A stretch of DNA of 34,054 nucleotides from Nemertoderma westbladi (Eukaryota; Animalia; Xenacoelomorpha): positions 1-34,054 of the forward strand of contig JAUCBJ010002568.1 of the NCBI GenBank assembly GCA_032718475.1. The letters are read 5' to 3'. Both the position numbers and the translations under genes were made by a program. Below are positions 1-11,098 of the stretch, in pieces. Every line of letters begins with the position of its first letter. Position 1 is the first letter of the stretch. The notes under the pieces are model-generated. The model saw only the letters and a program-made list of their open reading frames with translations, was not told the origin of the DNA and ran no database searches.

Positions 1-1
1 G

Positions 2-395
2 TCTGAGTCTGTACACCCAGATATTCCCATTGGCGATATCTCCTTTGCAGAAGTGAAGGCTGCTGCAAAGAGCATTAAGACCAATCGTGCCAGTGGAGTA
101 GATGGTGTTCCCCCTGAGGTCTTTAAAATACCTGAGTGTTTAAAGCTCATCTATCCCATCATAGTAGACATGTACCGTACAACAAGAGTCCCACAAGAAA
201 TGAAAACAAATAAGTTGGTACCAGTTCCCAAGAAGGGCAACCTAACACTCTATGGTTCTTTTCGGGGAATCTCATTGATCTCGATTGCTGCAAAGCTATA
301 CAATAGAATTCTATTAAATCGCATCAGAGATCCCATTGAGAGACTGCTCCGTGGAAATCAGAATGGGTTCCGTAAAGGTCGTGGGACCATGGATC
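2..395 (+). mobile_element. Non-LTR (LINE, RTE-like) retrotransposon reverse transcriptase fragment, N-terminal RT subdomains; runs off the left edge and is truncated at the minisatellite
   Basis: Frame open from base 2 (SESVHPDIPIGDISFAEVKAAAKSIKTNRASGVDGVPPE). Contains LINE RT motifs ASGVDG, VPVPKKGN, FRGISLISIAAKLYNRILLNRI and QNGFRKGRGTMD. After base 395 the frame reads only repeat sequence. Confidence 0.9.
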
Positions 396-1670
396 GGTGG
401 GTGGGTGGGTGGGTGTGGTTAAGTACATGTGCTTAGGTGGGTGCGGTTAAGTACACGTGCTTAGGTGGGTGGGTGGGTGCGGTTAAGTCGATGTGCTTAG
501 GTGGGTGGGTGGGTGCGGTTAAGTCGATGTGCTTAGCTGGGTGCGGTTAACTAGGTGTGCTTAGGTAGGTGGGTGGGTGCGGGTAAGTATACGTGCTTAG
601 GTGGGTGGGTGGGTGTGGTTAAGTAGACGTGCTTAGGTGGGTGCGGTTAACTAGGTGTGCTTAGGTAGGTGGGTGGGTGCGGGTAAGTACACGTGCTTAG
701 GTGGGTGGTGGGTGGGTGGGTGCGGTTAAGTCGATGTGCTTAGGTGGGTGCGGTTAACTAGGTGTGCTTAGGTAGGTGGGTGGGTGCGGGTAAGTATACG
801 TGCTTAGGTGGGTGGGTGGGTGTGGTTAAGTAGACGTGCTTAGGTGGGTGCGGTTAACTAGGTGTGCTTAGGTAGGTGGGTGGGTGCGGGTAAGTATACG
901 TGCTTAGGTGGGTGGGTGGGTGTGGTTAAGTAGACGTGCTTAGGTGGGTAGGTGGGTGCGGTTAAGTCGATGTGCTTAGGTGGGTGCGGTTAACTAGGTG
1001 TGCTTAGGTAGGTGGGTGGGTGCGGGTAAGTCTACGTGGTTAGGTGGGTGGGTGGGTGTGGTTAAGTACACGTGCTTAGGTGGGTGGGTGGGTGCGGTTA
1101 AGTCGATGTGCTTAGGTGGGTGCGGTTAAGTAGGTGTGCTTAGGTGTGTGGGTGGATGCGGTTAAGTAGGTGTGCTTTGGTGGGTGGGTGGGTGCGGTTA
1201 AGTAGACGTTCTTATGTAAGTGGGTGGGTGCGGTTAAGTAGGTGTGCTTAGGTGGTTGGGTGGGTGCGGTTAAGTAGACCTGCTTAGGAGGGTGGGTGGG
1301 TGCGGTTAAGTAGGTGTGCTTAGGTGGGTGGGTGGGTGCGGTTAAGTCGATGTGCTTAGATGGATGGGTGGATGTTTGCGGTTAAGTAGGTGTGCTTAGG
1401 TGGGTGGGTGGGTGCCGTTAAGTCGATGTGCTTAGGTGGGTCGGTGGGTGGGTGTGGTTAAGTACACGTGCTTAGGTGGGTGGTGGGGTGCGGTTAAGTA
1501 CACGTGCTTAGGTGGTGGGTGGGTGCGGTTAAGTCGATGTGCTTAGGTGGGTTCGGTTAACTGGGTGTGCTTAGGTAGGTGGGTGGGTGCGGGTAAGTAT
1601 ACGTGCTTAGGTGGGTGGGTGGGTGTGGTTAAGTAGACGTGTTTAGGTGGGTGGGTGGGTGCGGGTAAGT
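396..1670. repeat. G-rich minisatellite, 28-40 bp units
   Basis: Tandem units of the form GTGCTTAG(GTGG)nGTGCGGTTAAGTnnn, with recurring variants tacac, tcgat, ctagg, tatac and tagac. Confidence 0.97.
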
Positions 1671-1800
1671 CACAGTACAGCAGTACGCTGCCGGTTATAA
1701 TCCAGCCTCCATAAATTATGAAGGCTGCACGCTTGCAAGGCCTTTAATAGAGTATGCTATGATCTAAAGCATTGCTACGCAAGGTGGGACTGCGGCGATG

Positions 1801-2068
1801 GAAGTAGCTAAACTTTTTTAAAAAATTTTAAACTAGCTAGTTTTTGCAAAGTTTTTTTTTATTTTTATAAATGTTATAGAAGATGTGCTAGCTATCAATT
1901 TTGATAAATATTTTTGTTACAAAACACATGTTTTATTATTTATACTAGCTAGTTTTTTCAACTTTTTTTATAAATGTTATAGAACACGTGTTAAGTATCA
2001 ATTTTGATAAATATTTTTGTTGTAGAACTCATTTTTTTGTTCTAGAACATTTTCTGAAAAAAAAATAG
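1801..2068 (-). repeat. AT-rich dispersed repeat fragment with an internal ~100-bp tandem duplication
   Basis: Two copies of actagctagtttttt...tataaatgttatagaa...tatcaattttgataaatatttttgtt. Its reverse complement resembles 19000-19112 (aaaatgttctagaacaaaaaa...gttctaca...tagctacttc). Confidence 0.6.
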
Positions 2069-3895
2069 TATGTGAGCAGTTGTAATTGCTTCAGTTTTAT
2101 ACTGTATGTACTTTTCCTGGCTGATGTTGTAGGCCAATTTAAGATCGTCCTTAGCTTTCTCAACCTTGTTAATGTTTTCGGTTGTTGGTTGTTCGGTTTT
2201 AACTTTGTAGGCTATCTTAAGATCTTCTCTCTTACAAGTAACCTCAGAGTTTTGCCATGGCACATATTGTTTTCGTTTGGGTTTCTGGGGGATATGCCTC
2301 TTAGCTGATTCCTTGTGGGCTGTTATTATATTCTGGTATATTGAATTGGTGGATTGGTCTTCATCCAATGACTGAAGTGCTTCAAAGCGGTTTTGAACTT
2401 CTACTGTATAAGCATCCTTTACAGCATTGTCAGTTCTGAGTTTCTCCCAGTCATATTTGATTTGCTTGCTTGTCCTGGGTTTGCTGGCTCTCAAACTGAG
2501 TCTGATCTCTGCAGTCACAATTCTGTGGTCCGAACCAATTAGGTTGAACGAGCTGTATGCCTCGCAGTTTCCTCGACCTCGACTTTTTGTTTATGAGGAT
2601 GTAATCCAGTTGTGCTTTGGTTCCATTAGGGCATTGAAAGGTCCATAGCTTCCCCTTACTCTTTTCGAATGTGTTGTTTGTTGGTATCAATTCACATTCT
2701 TCCATTAGGTCTAAAAGTAAGTACCCATTTCTGTTAGAACTGGTGTTATAGGTGTAACCCTTGATGTCTTCTGGGCCAATTTGGGCATTCAGGTCACCAG
2801 CAATGACTTTAACATTGTGTTTCGGAATGTCCTTTATAAGTCCAGTCAGTTCTTCATAAAACTTGACTGCTTGTTCTGGCTCTGAGGCATTGGTTGGACT
2901 GTAGCAACATATAACTGTTGCCTTGGGATTCCCATCAAATGTTGCGATCATAACCCTGGAATTTATAGATTCGATGTTGTTTAGGGTCTTAAGTGCAAAT
3001 GGGCTTAGCAGAATTCCTACTCCACCAATTGATGCATTGGCCGAGTTTCTTACTGCTGAGCTTGTTACTAACGTCCATCAATTTCCAATGTCATTGTACT
3101 TCATGACAGTGTCTTCATGACAAATCCGATGTTCTTGGATGCAGATGATGTCGATGTTATATTCCATTGCCAGAGCGACCATGTCACCCTGTTTGGTATG
3201 TGCTTTCAGCGTGCGTGCTTTCATTGTAGCAATCTTTAGTGTCTTTTTACATTTCAACAGGTTGGTTCTTCTTTCTTCTCGGTCTTCTGTTCCAGTAGCC
3301 AATTTATCGACCCCAGCCTGGTGTACCACTGGGGGACGCGGTCCTTGTTGACCCGGGCGACGACCGAGTCGGTATTTCTCCTGGAGGGTTCTCATACTGA
3401 TATCTTTCAGTTGCGGGAGTAAACCGCTTGTGGTCGCAACTCCTACAAGCGTCTTCGCAGTAGATCGCCGTTGGTTGATTACCTTCCGCCGACCTTGTCA
3501 GCATGTCTAGCCGTTGGTTGATTACCTTCCGCCTATCCATGGCCTACAGCCCTGCTGCCGACTGTAGGGGTCCTTTTGTTACACCCTGAACCAAGTGTGC
3601 CTCCTGGGTTAGGTTACCTAACACTGGTAGAGGAGCATCCAGTATAGACAGGGCGGAGCGTGTATCATCTCTAATGCAGATGCGTATCAAGCCTTTGCCT
3701 TCAATGGTGCCCTAGGCGCTATAGCCCTCAATGACTTATTTAGTAAACGGGGCTGAACCAACCCACTCTTGATCAACTAAATAATTAATAGGCTATGCTT
3801 ATCGGGGCTGCCTTACTGGGCTGGCAGCTACAGGTAGTACCACATTACTGCCATAGTGGTAGCAGGATCTGGGGACCTGACCTGACCTGACCTGA
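2069..3895 (-). mobile_element. Degenerate LINE (RTE-like): 5' UTR, apurinic-type endonuclease and linker; RT missing
   Basis: Broken minus-strand ORFs 3395-3078, 2951-2451 and 2518-2042 plus intervening frames give the APE motifs IICIQEHR, GVGILL, CYSPT, AGDLNAQIG, NRNG, QLDYILI and SDHRIV in order, then a KYDWEKL...VQNRFEAL linker. Contains stops and frameshifts. The 5' boundary is approximate. Confidence 0.9.
3874..3895. repeat. (GACCT)4 microsatellite at the presumed 5' end of the LINE
   Basis: gacctgacctgacctgacctga. Confidence 0.8.
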
Positions 3896-3964
3896 TAAAT
3901 CCATTTAGGGTCAATTACCTTACATGATCATAACCCAAGACAATTATTTACCGGCGCAGCAAGT

Positions 3965-4771
3965 CTTTTCTTATTACCATAGCAACGGGAAACATTTTGT
4001 AATATGTAGAATATCCGTCAGAAACATGTCGTATGTATTTCAGATGCATTTCAATATGTTATATAGTCAACATTCATGATCACAAGCGAAGTCATTATTC
4101 TATTGTTACCATAGCAACGAGCATATTTTATTATTTATGTATTTCCAATATCGTTTTGGTATTTTATTCGACTTAGAGTTTAATAATTTAAGGATTTTTG
4201 GATTTATTTTTAAACTGATAGTAACTAAATGTGAAGTGATGAAACATTGCACAAGGTTAATTTTTGCTAGTTTCCATGGATACATGGCAACTGCTAATTC
4301 ATTTTTATATGGCGCCACCATTAAAAATATAGAGGGTCTTATTGACAATATATTTGGAATGTTTCATGATTTTATCCCAAGGGGAACACGTATTTGGCAA
4401 TGGTTTAGAAAACTATTGATATTTGCCAAAATTCACCTAAATTTGCAGTAAAAACGACATTTGAAGACGTATTTCGAACAGTTGCCATTGTAACTGGGTT
4501 CTAAAATGTACCTCAATGGATTCTCTGATGCCAGTTAAGGGGGGGGGGGGGGTAGGTCAAGGTTAGAATTCTGTAGAGTCAATAGAAAATGGTCTTTGCA
4601 AATAACCTCGTGTTGCCATGGTGAAACGGGACCCAAAAATTCACAATTGAGCTTGGCATCAGACGGATTCGGAATCAGCACAGTCGATTTAGCTTAAAAC
4701 CGTTGGATGCCAGCCATTACCTAAATTTGCCATCGCCATTATTATTTCGGCAAAAATGAACCAGACTACTG
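3965..4771. repeat. Probable non-autonomous DNA-element remnant carrying GTTNCCATRGNAAC-like palindromes
   Basis: Motifs near 3974 (attaccatagcaac), 4106 (gttaccatagcaac), 4270 (gtttccatggatac), 4481 (gttgccattgtaac) and 4612 (gttgccatggtgaaac). Ends ...ccagactactg|ta. No matching left terminus found. Confidence 0.35.
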
Positions 4772-5769
4772 TATTCTATAAATGTTGTATAATACCATTT
4801 TTTCCTAAAATTATACTATTTTCTTATAAATTGCTCTATAATAATAATGCTCTATAATAATGCTCTATAATGCTCTAATACAGGATTCTAGAAAATATAC
4901 ATTACATTATATTTAATACAAATTAATATAGTGGCCTAAGCTATAGTATAATAGTAATGCAAAGACAAATATAAATGTCTTATAAACACAGATTTCAAAG
5001 TGTTTCTGTTGAAAGACAGAATTATTTATAGATAATAGAATTAGCCAAAAATACCAAACTTGCTACGATTTCTCATGTAGCTATACAACAATCGTATCTG
5101 AAAGAAACTGGTAAAGGAGATCTTTCTGGAATGACGATCACCTAGTTTGCTCTTTGAATTTTATTCAAGTATTCGAAAGGAAGATAATTCTTTTTACAAA
5201 CTCACCTCACTGAAAGCCATCCGTGCATCTTTAAATAGACATTTCCAAATCGAGCGCAATATTGATATACCTGTAGTTAGCGATAGTGAGTTTAGTCGAG
5301 CTATCCTGACTGGGACAGATTAAGGGGGGGGGAGGCAACAGCCAACAGGGGCAGCTGCCGGGGGCCCGTAAGTTGGGAGAAATTTACCTAACATTATCTC
5401 TCTGATAAAAAACAACCTCATTTATTTATTAATTTATGGCTGTTCAATAAATACTTAGAGTATATCTCACATGTTTAAAGTATTTAAAAAATATGTTTAA
5501 AGTGAAATGTAATGCTTAAAGGAAAACGTTTTTAAATTCTATTTAAAATAATAGTAAATTATTACTGTATTACAATTAACATTTAATTTACTTTTCAATT
5601 AGATTTATCTGAAGTCATTCACGAGTTCAAGGCTAGGAAATTGCTATTTTTAAGTAATTTTGTGTCTAATTTATTGATATACCGTCAATATATTATTCGT
5701 TCCTAAATATAGAATTGATGTCTTCTGGATGGTGTAATTTTAGGAAAAAATTATTATTATTTAAATCAT

Positions 5770-6135
5770 GGCCCGTATGCATAAAACACTTACGACGATC
5801 GTAACTTTACGATGATCGTTGGTATGTCCGGCTGTCCGGTACATAGCCAGACAACTGTAGCCTGTAGGCTGAGGTAAAAGTGGATGCTGGAGCGACACAA
5901 CCGGTCCGTATAATATAAGCAGAATGCAAGCAAGATATATAGGCCCGTGCCATAGACAGTAAAGGGGATAATGAAATAGGCCTATACTGTATATATCCAT
6001 ACCAATCGTAAGTTTCACATTTCCGATGATCGTAAATATAATTGGTATGCATAAACACTTACGATTATCGTAACTTTGTGATGATCGTAACTTTACGATT
6101 GCTAATACCTGCCCGTAAAAGTTACGATCGGGATT
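5770..6135. repeat. Short direct repeats built of TTACGA/GATCGTAA palindromic motifs (possible MITE remnant)
   Basis: tatgcataaa(a)cacttacga(cg/tt)atcgtaacttt(ac/gt)gatgatcgt at about 5776 and 6047. Additional atcgtaa or ttacgat motifs at about 6006, 6029, 6092 and 6122. Confidence 0.55.
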
Positions 6136-6636
6136 GCTATCCGCTGAGATTAACAGGTTGCCAGGCAACATGCCAAAACAATACTGTTTAACGTGGGTAT
6201 AGCTGCTTTTTTATGTTTAGGCCTACGTTACCGGTATGGACACACAATTCTGCATATACGTGAACAATTATACAATACACACATGAACAATATATATGTG
6301 ATTTTATCCTCCCCCTAGCGATTGCGATTATACTAGTATACCCTGGATAATGAATCGATCTGTCGAGTGTGTCTCTGTCCAGGTCATCGTCATCCTGTTT
6401 TTATTGTACATTGATGCAGTTGAATCCCTTGTAATCTCCACAAGCTATTACACGTACAATGTTGGCTATTATGCTATTATAATGTAGGCTTCGTCGCTTC
6501 GAGTATCCATAACTTCAATTATTAATCTAGAACATAGCCACATGTGATTTTTAATTTTAGTAACTCCTTATACGAAAATAAGAAATTGTATTCCCATATA
6601 TACTGTATTTGTAGGGAACTTATTCATACCGTAATC

Positions 6637-7218
6637 ATGGACGATAAATATTCCAAAGGGAAGTCCGTTGGGGTTAGTTCCAATGCCACAGGGGGAGTTA
6701 GTGGCAGACTTGGTAAATTAAAAGACGGCTTAGTCTGTCCGAAATGCGACAATATATTTATCGATCCAACTACATTGGAATGCACCCACACGATGTGCAG
6801 TTATTGTGTGCTGAAATCAATCCAACAAAAACTTGGTTGCCCTTCGTGCAGGAAACCTATTAAGATAGTGAGTCGGAATAAATTACTTGAAGGCATGGTC
6901 ATCAAAATAGTGGACGCGTTGATGGATATGGAAGATAAGAAAGCGAGGAACGACATTATAGCTAAACGGGGAGACGATGTTTTGGTGATCCCAGAGATCG
7001 TGGATGTCTGCGGCCATCGCGCTTATGTTCCTAGTGACGTTGATGATGACGATGATAGCACTGATGAAGCTACCGACGACGAGGTCCAGCAACCTGCAGA
7101 ATTGGTAGCTGAAGGATTGCTACCTGCAGAATTGGTCGATTATGCACGAAGTATCGCCTTAATCGCCCGCGAAATGGTGTTCAACCCAGAAGACGTGAAC
7201 TCTGATGAAAGTGAATAA
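6637..7218 (+). CDS. C3HC4 RING finger protein, RNF8-RING-like putative E3 ubiquitin ligase with acidic C-terminal tail (193 aa from the ATG at 6637)
   Basis: CPKC-x11-CTH-x2-CSYC-x10-CPSC RING. The flanking context (LVC..C...FIDPTTLECTHTMCSYC...CPSCRKPI...LLEGMVIKIVDAL...KKARNDII) recalls the RNF8 C-terminal RING and following helices. Uninterrupted ORF. A possible splice acceptor tttgtag ends at 6614, just before the ATG. Confidence 0.8.
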   Translation: MDDKYSKGKSVGVSSNATGGVSGRLGKLKDGLVCPKCDNIFIDPTTLECTHTMCSYCVLKSIQQKLGCPSCRKPIKIVSRNKLLEGMVIKIVDALMDMEDKKARNDIIAKRGDDVLVIPEIVDVCGHRAYVPSDVDDDDDSTDEATDDEVQQPAELVAEGLLPAELVDYARSIALIAREMVFNPEDVNSDESE

Positions 7219-8748
7219 TTTGCCATTCAGACTCCAACTTAAAATATGATTTAGCCACGTAACGAGCGAACCCTTCCATTAACATTCAAATTGTATACTC
7301 ACGCAATATTTGTATCTTCATTATGTAGATAGCTACGGTACCTACTGTATTAACGTAATATTAAATTAATACAATATCGAATGAAAGTTTCCACTCTAGT
7401 AGTTACTATGCAACTTTGCTTCATATTTAGAATTATTCTTTCATGGAACAAATCAGATTTTATCGTGAGATGACAAATTATCGTCGGTTGACAAATTCCC
7501 TTAGTTCAACCTCTACCACTATTGGCTATTCAATAAATAACACTATATTAGTAAATTTCTTGGACTTCATAGTTGGTAATTTCAATCCTAAGTCAGTTTG
7601 CCTAACCGGCTGTAGGATCCGGACAAACCGACATGCATACAAACAGACACCGAAATGTGTAAACTGATGACGGAAGTGATATGACCGACAAGAACAACTC
7701 CTGTAGGAAATGCTGAACATTGAAAATGTAGGAATTGTTGAAGCTAGATAGGCCGGCAGACAGTCATATCTCGAGAAGTAAAATATATCTTGCCTAGCAG
7801 TATTCAGATTTATCTGCCAGGGCTAGGCCTAATAACCACCAGTTTACAAGTAAAAACAGCCGCACTAAATTTAGTGGTCTACTGCAGCTTACAAGGTCGT
7901 ATTTATCGTAGGTCATGGTAGGCGATAGTTCAATGTTGCCCTTTTAAACCCCGTGTCTATGAAATTTTTAATGTGTCAAAAATTATCCACGAAGCTAAGG
8001 AAAATCAACTACTTTCGCTAAGAAAGATTTTCCTTAGCTGAGATGGTCTATTCATAGTGGGCTATTTTACTTGTGTGAGGCAGATTAGTTTTTTTTTAAG
8101 TCCAGCAAAAACTAGCCTTTAAAAGTACCCTGAAATTTTGCATGTATATACTACTCGTCGAGGCGCGTCGTGTGGGATGGGTCTCATATCCAGGAAAAAT
8201 CTGGTTTCCATGGCAACGGACTTAGAAAAAAGTCTATGTATTTCAAGTCAATATTTATAACTCTATTTGTAGGAAAACTATAATACATATATACTTGGGG
8301 TTTCTCAACTCAACTATAAGGTCCATAGCAGAGCCGATTAAGGTTCAATAGAAAATCCAGTTGCCTTGGCAACCGGGCTAAACAGATGTTAAAATTTATA
8401 AAATGTTAATTTGAAGCCTAAGGTTAATGTGTTATGAATTGGGACCAATCCCTACCCCCACTATATAACTTATTCTGCGTCCGAATTTCATTGTTTTATT
8501 TTGCAGTTACCATGACAACCGCTGTAAACAGATGTTTTTATGCAAATATTACTCATTTGGACATAGACTTCGCGATAAAATTTTATTAAACTGGGTATGT
8601 GTTATCTGGACTGGAACACTAGTTGGAACTTTTAGTGAAACTCAAAACATTCCAGAAATATCTAGTTACCATGGTGACTGGAGTTTATTAAAGTCTATAT
8701 CATTCAAGTCTAAATTCAATACTCTATTTGTAACAAAATAATGTAATA

Positions 8749-10015
8749 TCCACGAAGCTAAGGAAAATCAACTACTTTCGCTAAGAAAGATTTTCCTTAG
8801 CTGAGATGGTCTATTCATAGTGGGCTATTTTACTTGTGTGAGGCAGATTTGGTTTTTTTTGATAGGTGAAAAAACTAGCCTTTAAAAGTACCCTGAAATT
8901 TTGCATGTATATACTACTCGTCGAGGCGCATCTTTTGGGCTGGGTCTCATATCCAGGAAAAATCTGGTTTCCATGGCAACGGACTTAGAAAAAAGTCTAT
9001 GTATTTCAAGTCAATATTTAAAACTCTATTTGTAGGAAAACTATAATAGATATAAACTTGGGGTTTCTCAACACAACTATAAGGTCCATAGCAGAGCCGA
9101 TTGAGGTTAAATAGAAAATCCAGTTACCTTGGCAACCGGGCTAGACAGATGTTAAAATTTATAAAATGTTAATTTGAAGCCTAAGGTTAAGGTGTTATGA
9201 CTTGGGACCAACCCCTACCCCCACTATATAACTTATTCTGCATCCGAATTACATTGTTCTATTTTTCAGTTACCATGACAACCGCTGAAAACAGATGTTT
9301 TTATTCAAAACTTATTCATTTGGACATAGACTTCACGATAAAATTTTACAAAACTGGGTATGTGTTATCTGGACCACGAGTTGGAACTTTTAGTGAAACT
9401 TAAATTATTCCAGAAATTTAGTTACCATGGTAACTGTAGTTTATTAAACTCTATATCATTCAAATCTATATTGATAACTCTATTTGTAGCAAAACTGTAA
9501 TATATATAAACTTGGGGTTTTGCAACTCATCTATAAGATCCATATCCAAGCCGTTTGAGGTTAATTAGAAAATACAGTTACCATAGCAACAAGTCTAAAC
9601 AGATGTTAAAATTTATAAAATGATAATTTGAAGCACAAGTTAATAGTATTATGACTTGGGACTAACCCCTACCCCCACAATATGACTTATTCTGCATCCG
9701 AATTACATTGTTCTATTTTTCAGTTTCTATGACAACCACTGCAAACAGATGCAATTTGATAGAAAATCGGTAATCTGGACATAAACTACAATATTTTCTG
9801 AAACTCAGTATATGTGTTATCTGAACCACAATCTGTACTGAATTTTTTTTCAAAGGTTAAAGCAACAGTTCCAGAGAACTCTAGTTTCCATGGGAATAGA
9901 AGTTAATTATTGACAATTGCTACTAAGCGAGGCTAAGCAACGAACCAAATTGTGGCCGTTTGTTTAATTTTCCTTAGCTTCGTGGTTGCATTTCCTTTAG
10001 GAAATGCCTTTCTCG
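8749..10015 (+). mobile_element. Nested copy B (1267 bp)
   Basis: Complete TC...hairpin-CTCG element inserted at gtaata|tatataaac, with no target-site duplication. Confidence 0.92.
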
Positions 10016-10090
10016 TATATAAACTTGGGGTTTTGCAACACATCTATAATAGCTATATACAAGCCGTTCGAGGTTAATTACGCAATCCAG

Positions 10091-11035
10091 TCCACGAAGC
10101 TAAGGAAAATCAACTACTTTCGCTAAGAAAGATTTTCCTTAGCTGAGATGGTCTATTCATAGTGGGCTATTTTACTTGTGTGAGGCAGATTTGGGGTTTT
10201 TTGATAGGCGAAAAAACTAGCCTTTAAAAGTACCCTGAAATTTTGCATGTATATACTACTCGACGAGGCGCATCTTTTGGGCCGGGTCTCATATCCAGGA
10301 AAAATCTGGTTTCCATGGCAACGGACTTCAAAAAAAGTCTATGTATTTCAAGTCAATATTTATAACTCTATTTGTAGGAAAACTATAATAGATATAAACT
10401 TGGGGTTTCGCAACACAACTATAAGGTCCATAGCAGATCCGATTGAGGCTAAATAGAAAATCCAGTTACCTTGGCAACCGGGATAAACAGATGTTAAAAT
10501 TTATAAAATGTTAATTTGAAGCCTAAGCCTGAATTTCTCAACTCAACTATAAGGTTCATATCCAAGCCGTTCGAGGTTAATTAGAAATTCCAGTCACCAT
10601 AGCAACAAGACTAAACAGATATTAAAATTTATAAAATGATAATTTGAAGCACAAGTTAATAGTATTATGACTTGGGACCAACACCTACCCCCACTATATG
10701 ACTTATTCTGCATCCGAATTACATTGTTCTATTTTTCAGTTTCCATGACAACCACTACAAACAGATGCATTTTGATAGAAAATCGGTAATTTGGACATAA
10801 ACTACAATATTTTCTAAAACTCAGTACATGTGTTATCTGAACCACAATCTGTACTGAATTTTTTTTCAAAGGTTAAAGCAACAGTTCCAGCGAACTCTAG
10901 TTTCCATGGGAATAGAAGTTAATTATTGACAATTGCTACTAAACGAGGCTAAGCAAGCAACGAACCAAAGTGTGGCCGTTTGTTTAATTTTCCTTAGCTT
11001 CGTGGTTGCATTTCCTTTAGGAAATGCCTTTCTCG
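10091..11035 (+). mobile_element. Nested copy C (945 bp, internally deleted near-twin of D)
   Basis: Both termini present. Inserted at atccag|ttaccatagc. Lacks 334 bp present in D, replaced by the filler cctgaa. Confidence 0.92.
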
Positions 11036-11098
11036 TTACCATAGCAACAAGACTAAACAGATGTCAAAATTTATAAAATAATAATTTGAAGCACAAGT

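Noticed and set aside
396-1670. CRISPR array or telomeric (TTAGG)n tract
   Set aside because: No unique spacers and no cas genes. TTAGG occurs singly within longer units, not in tandem.
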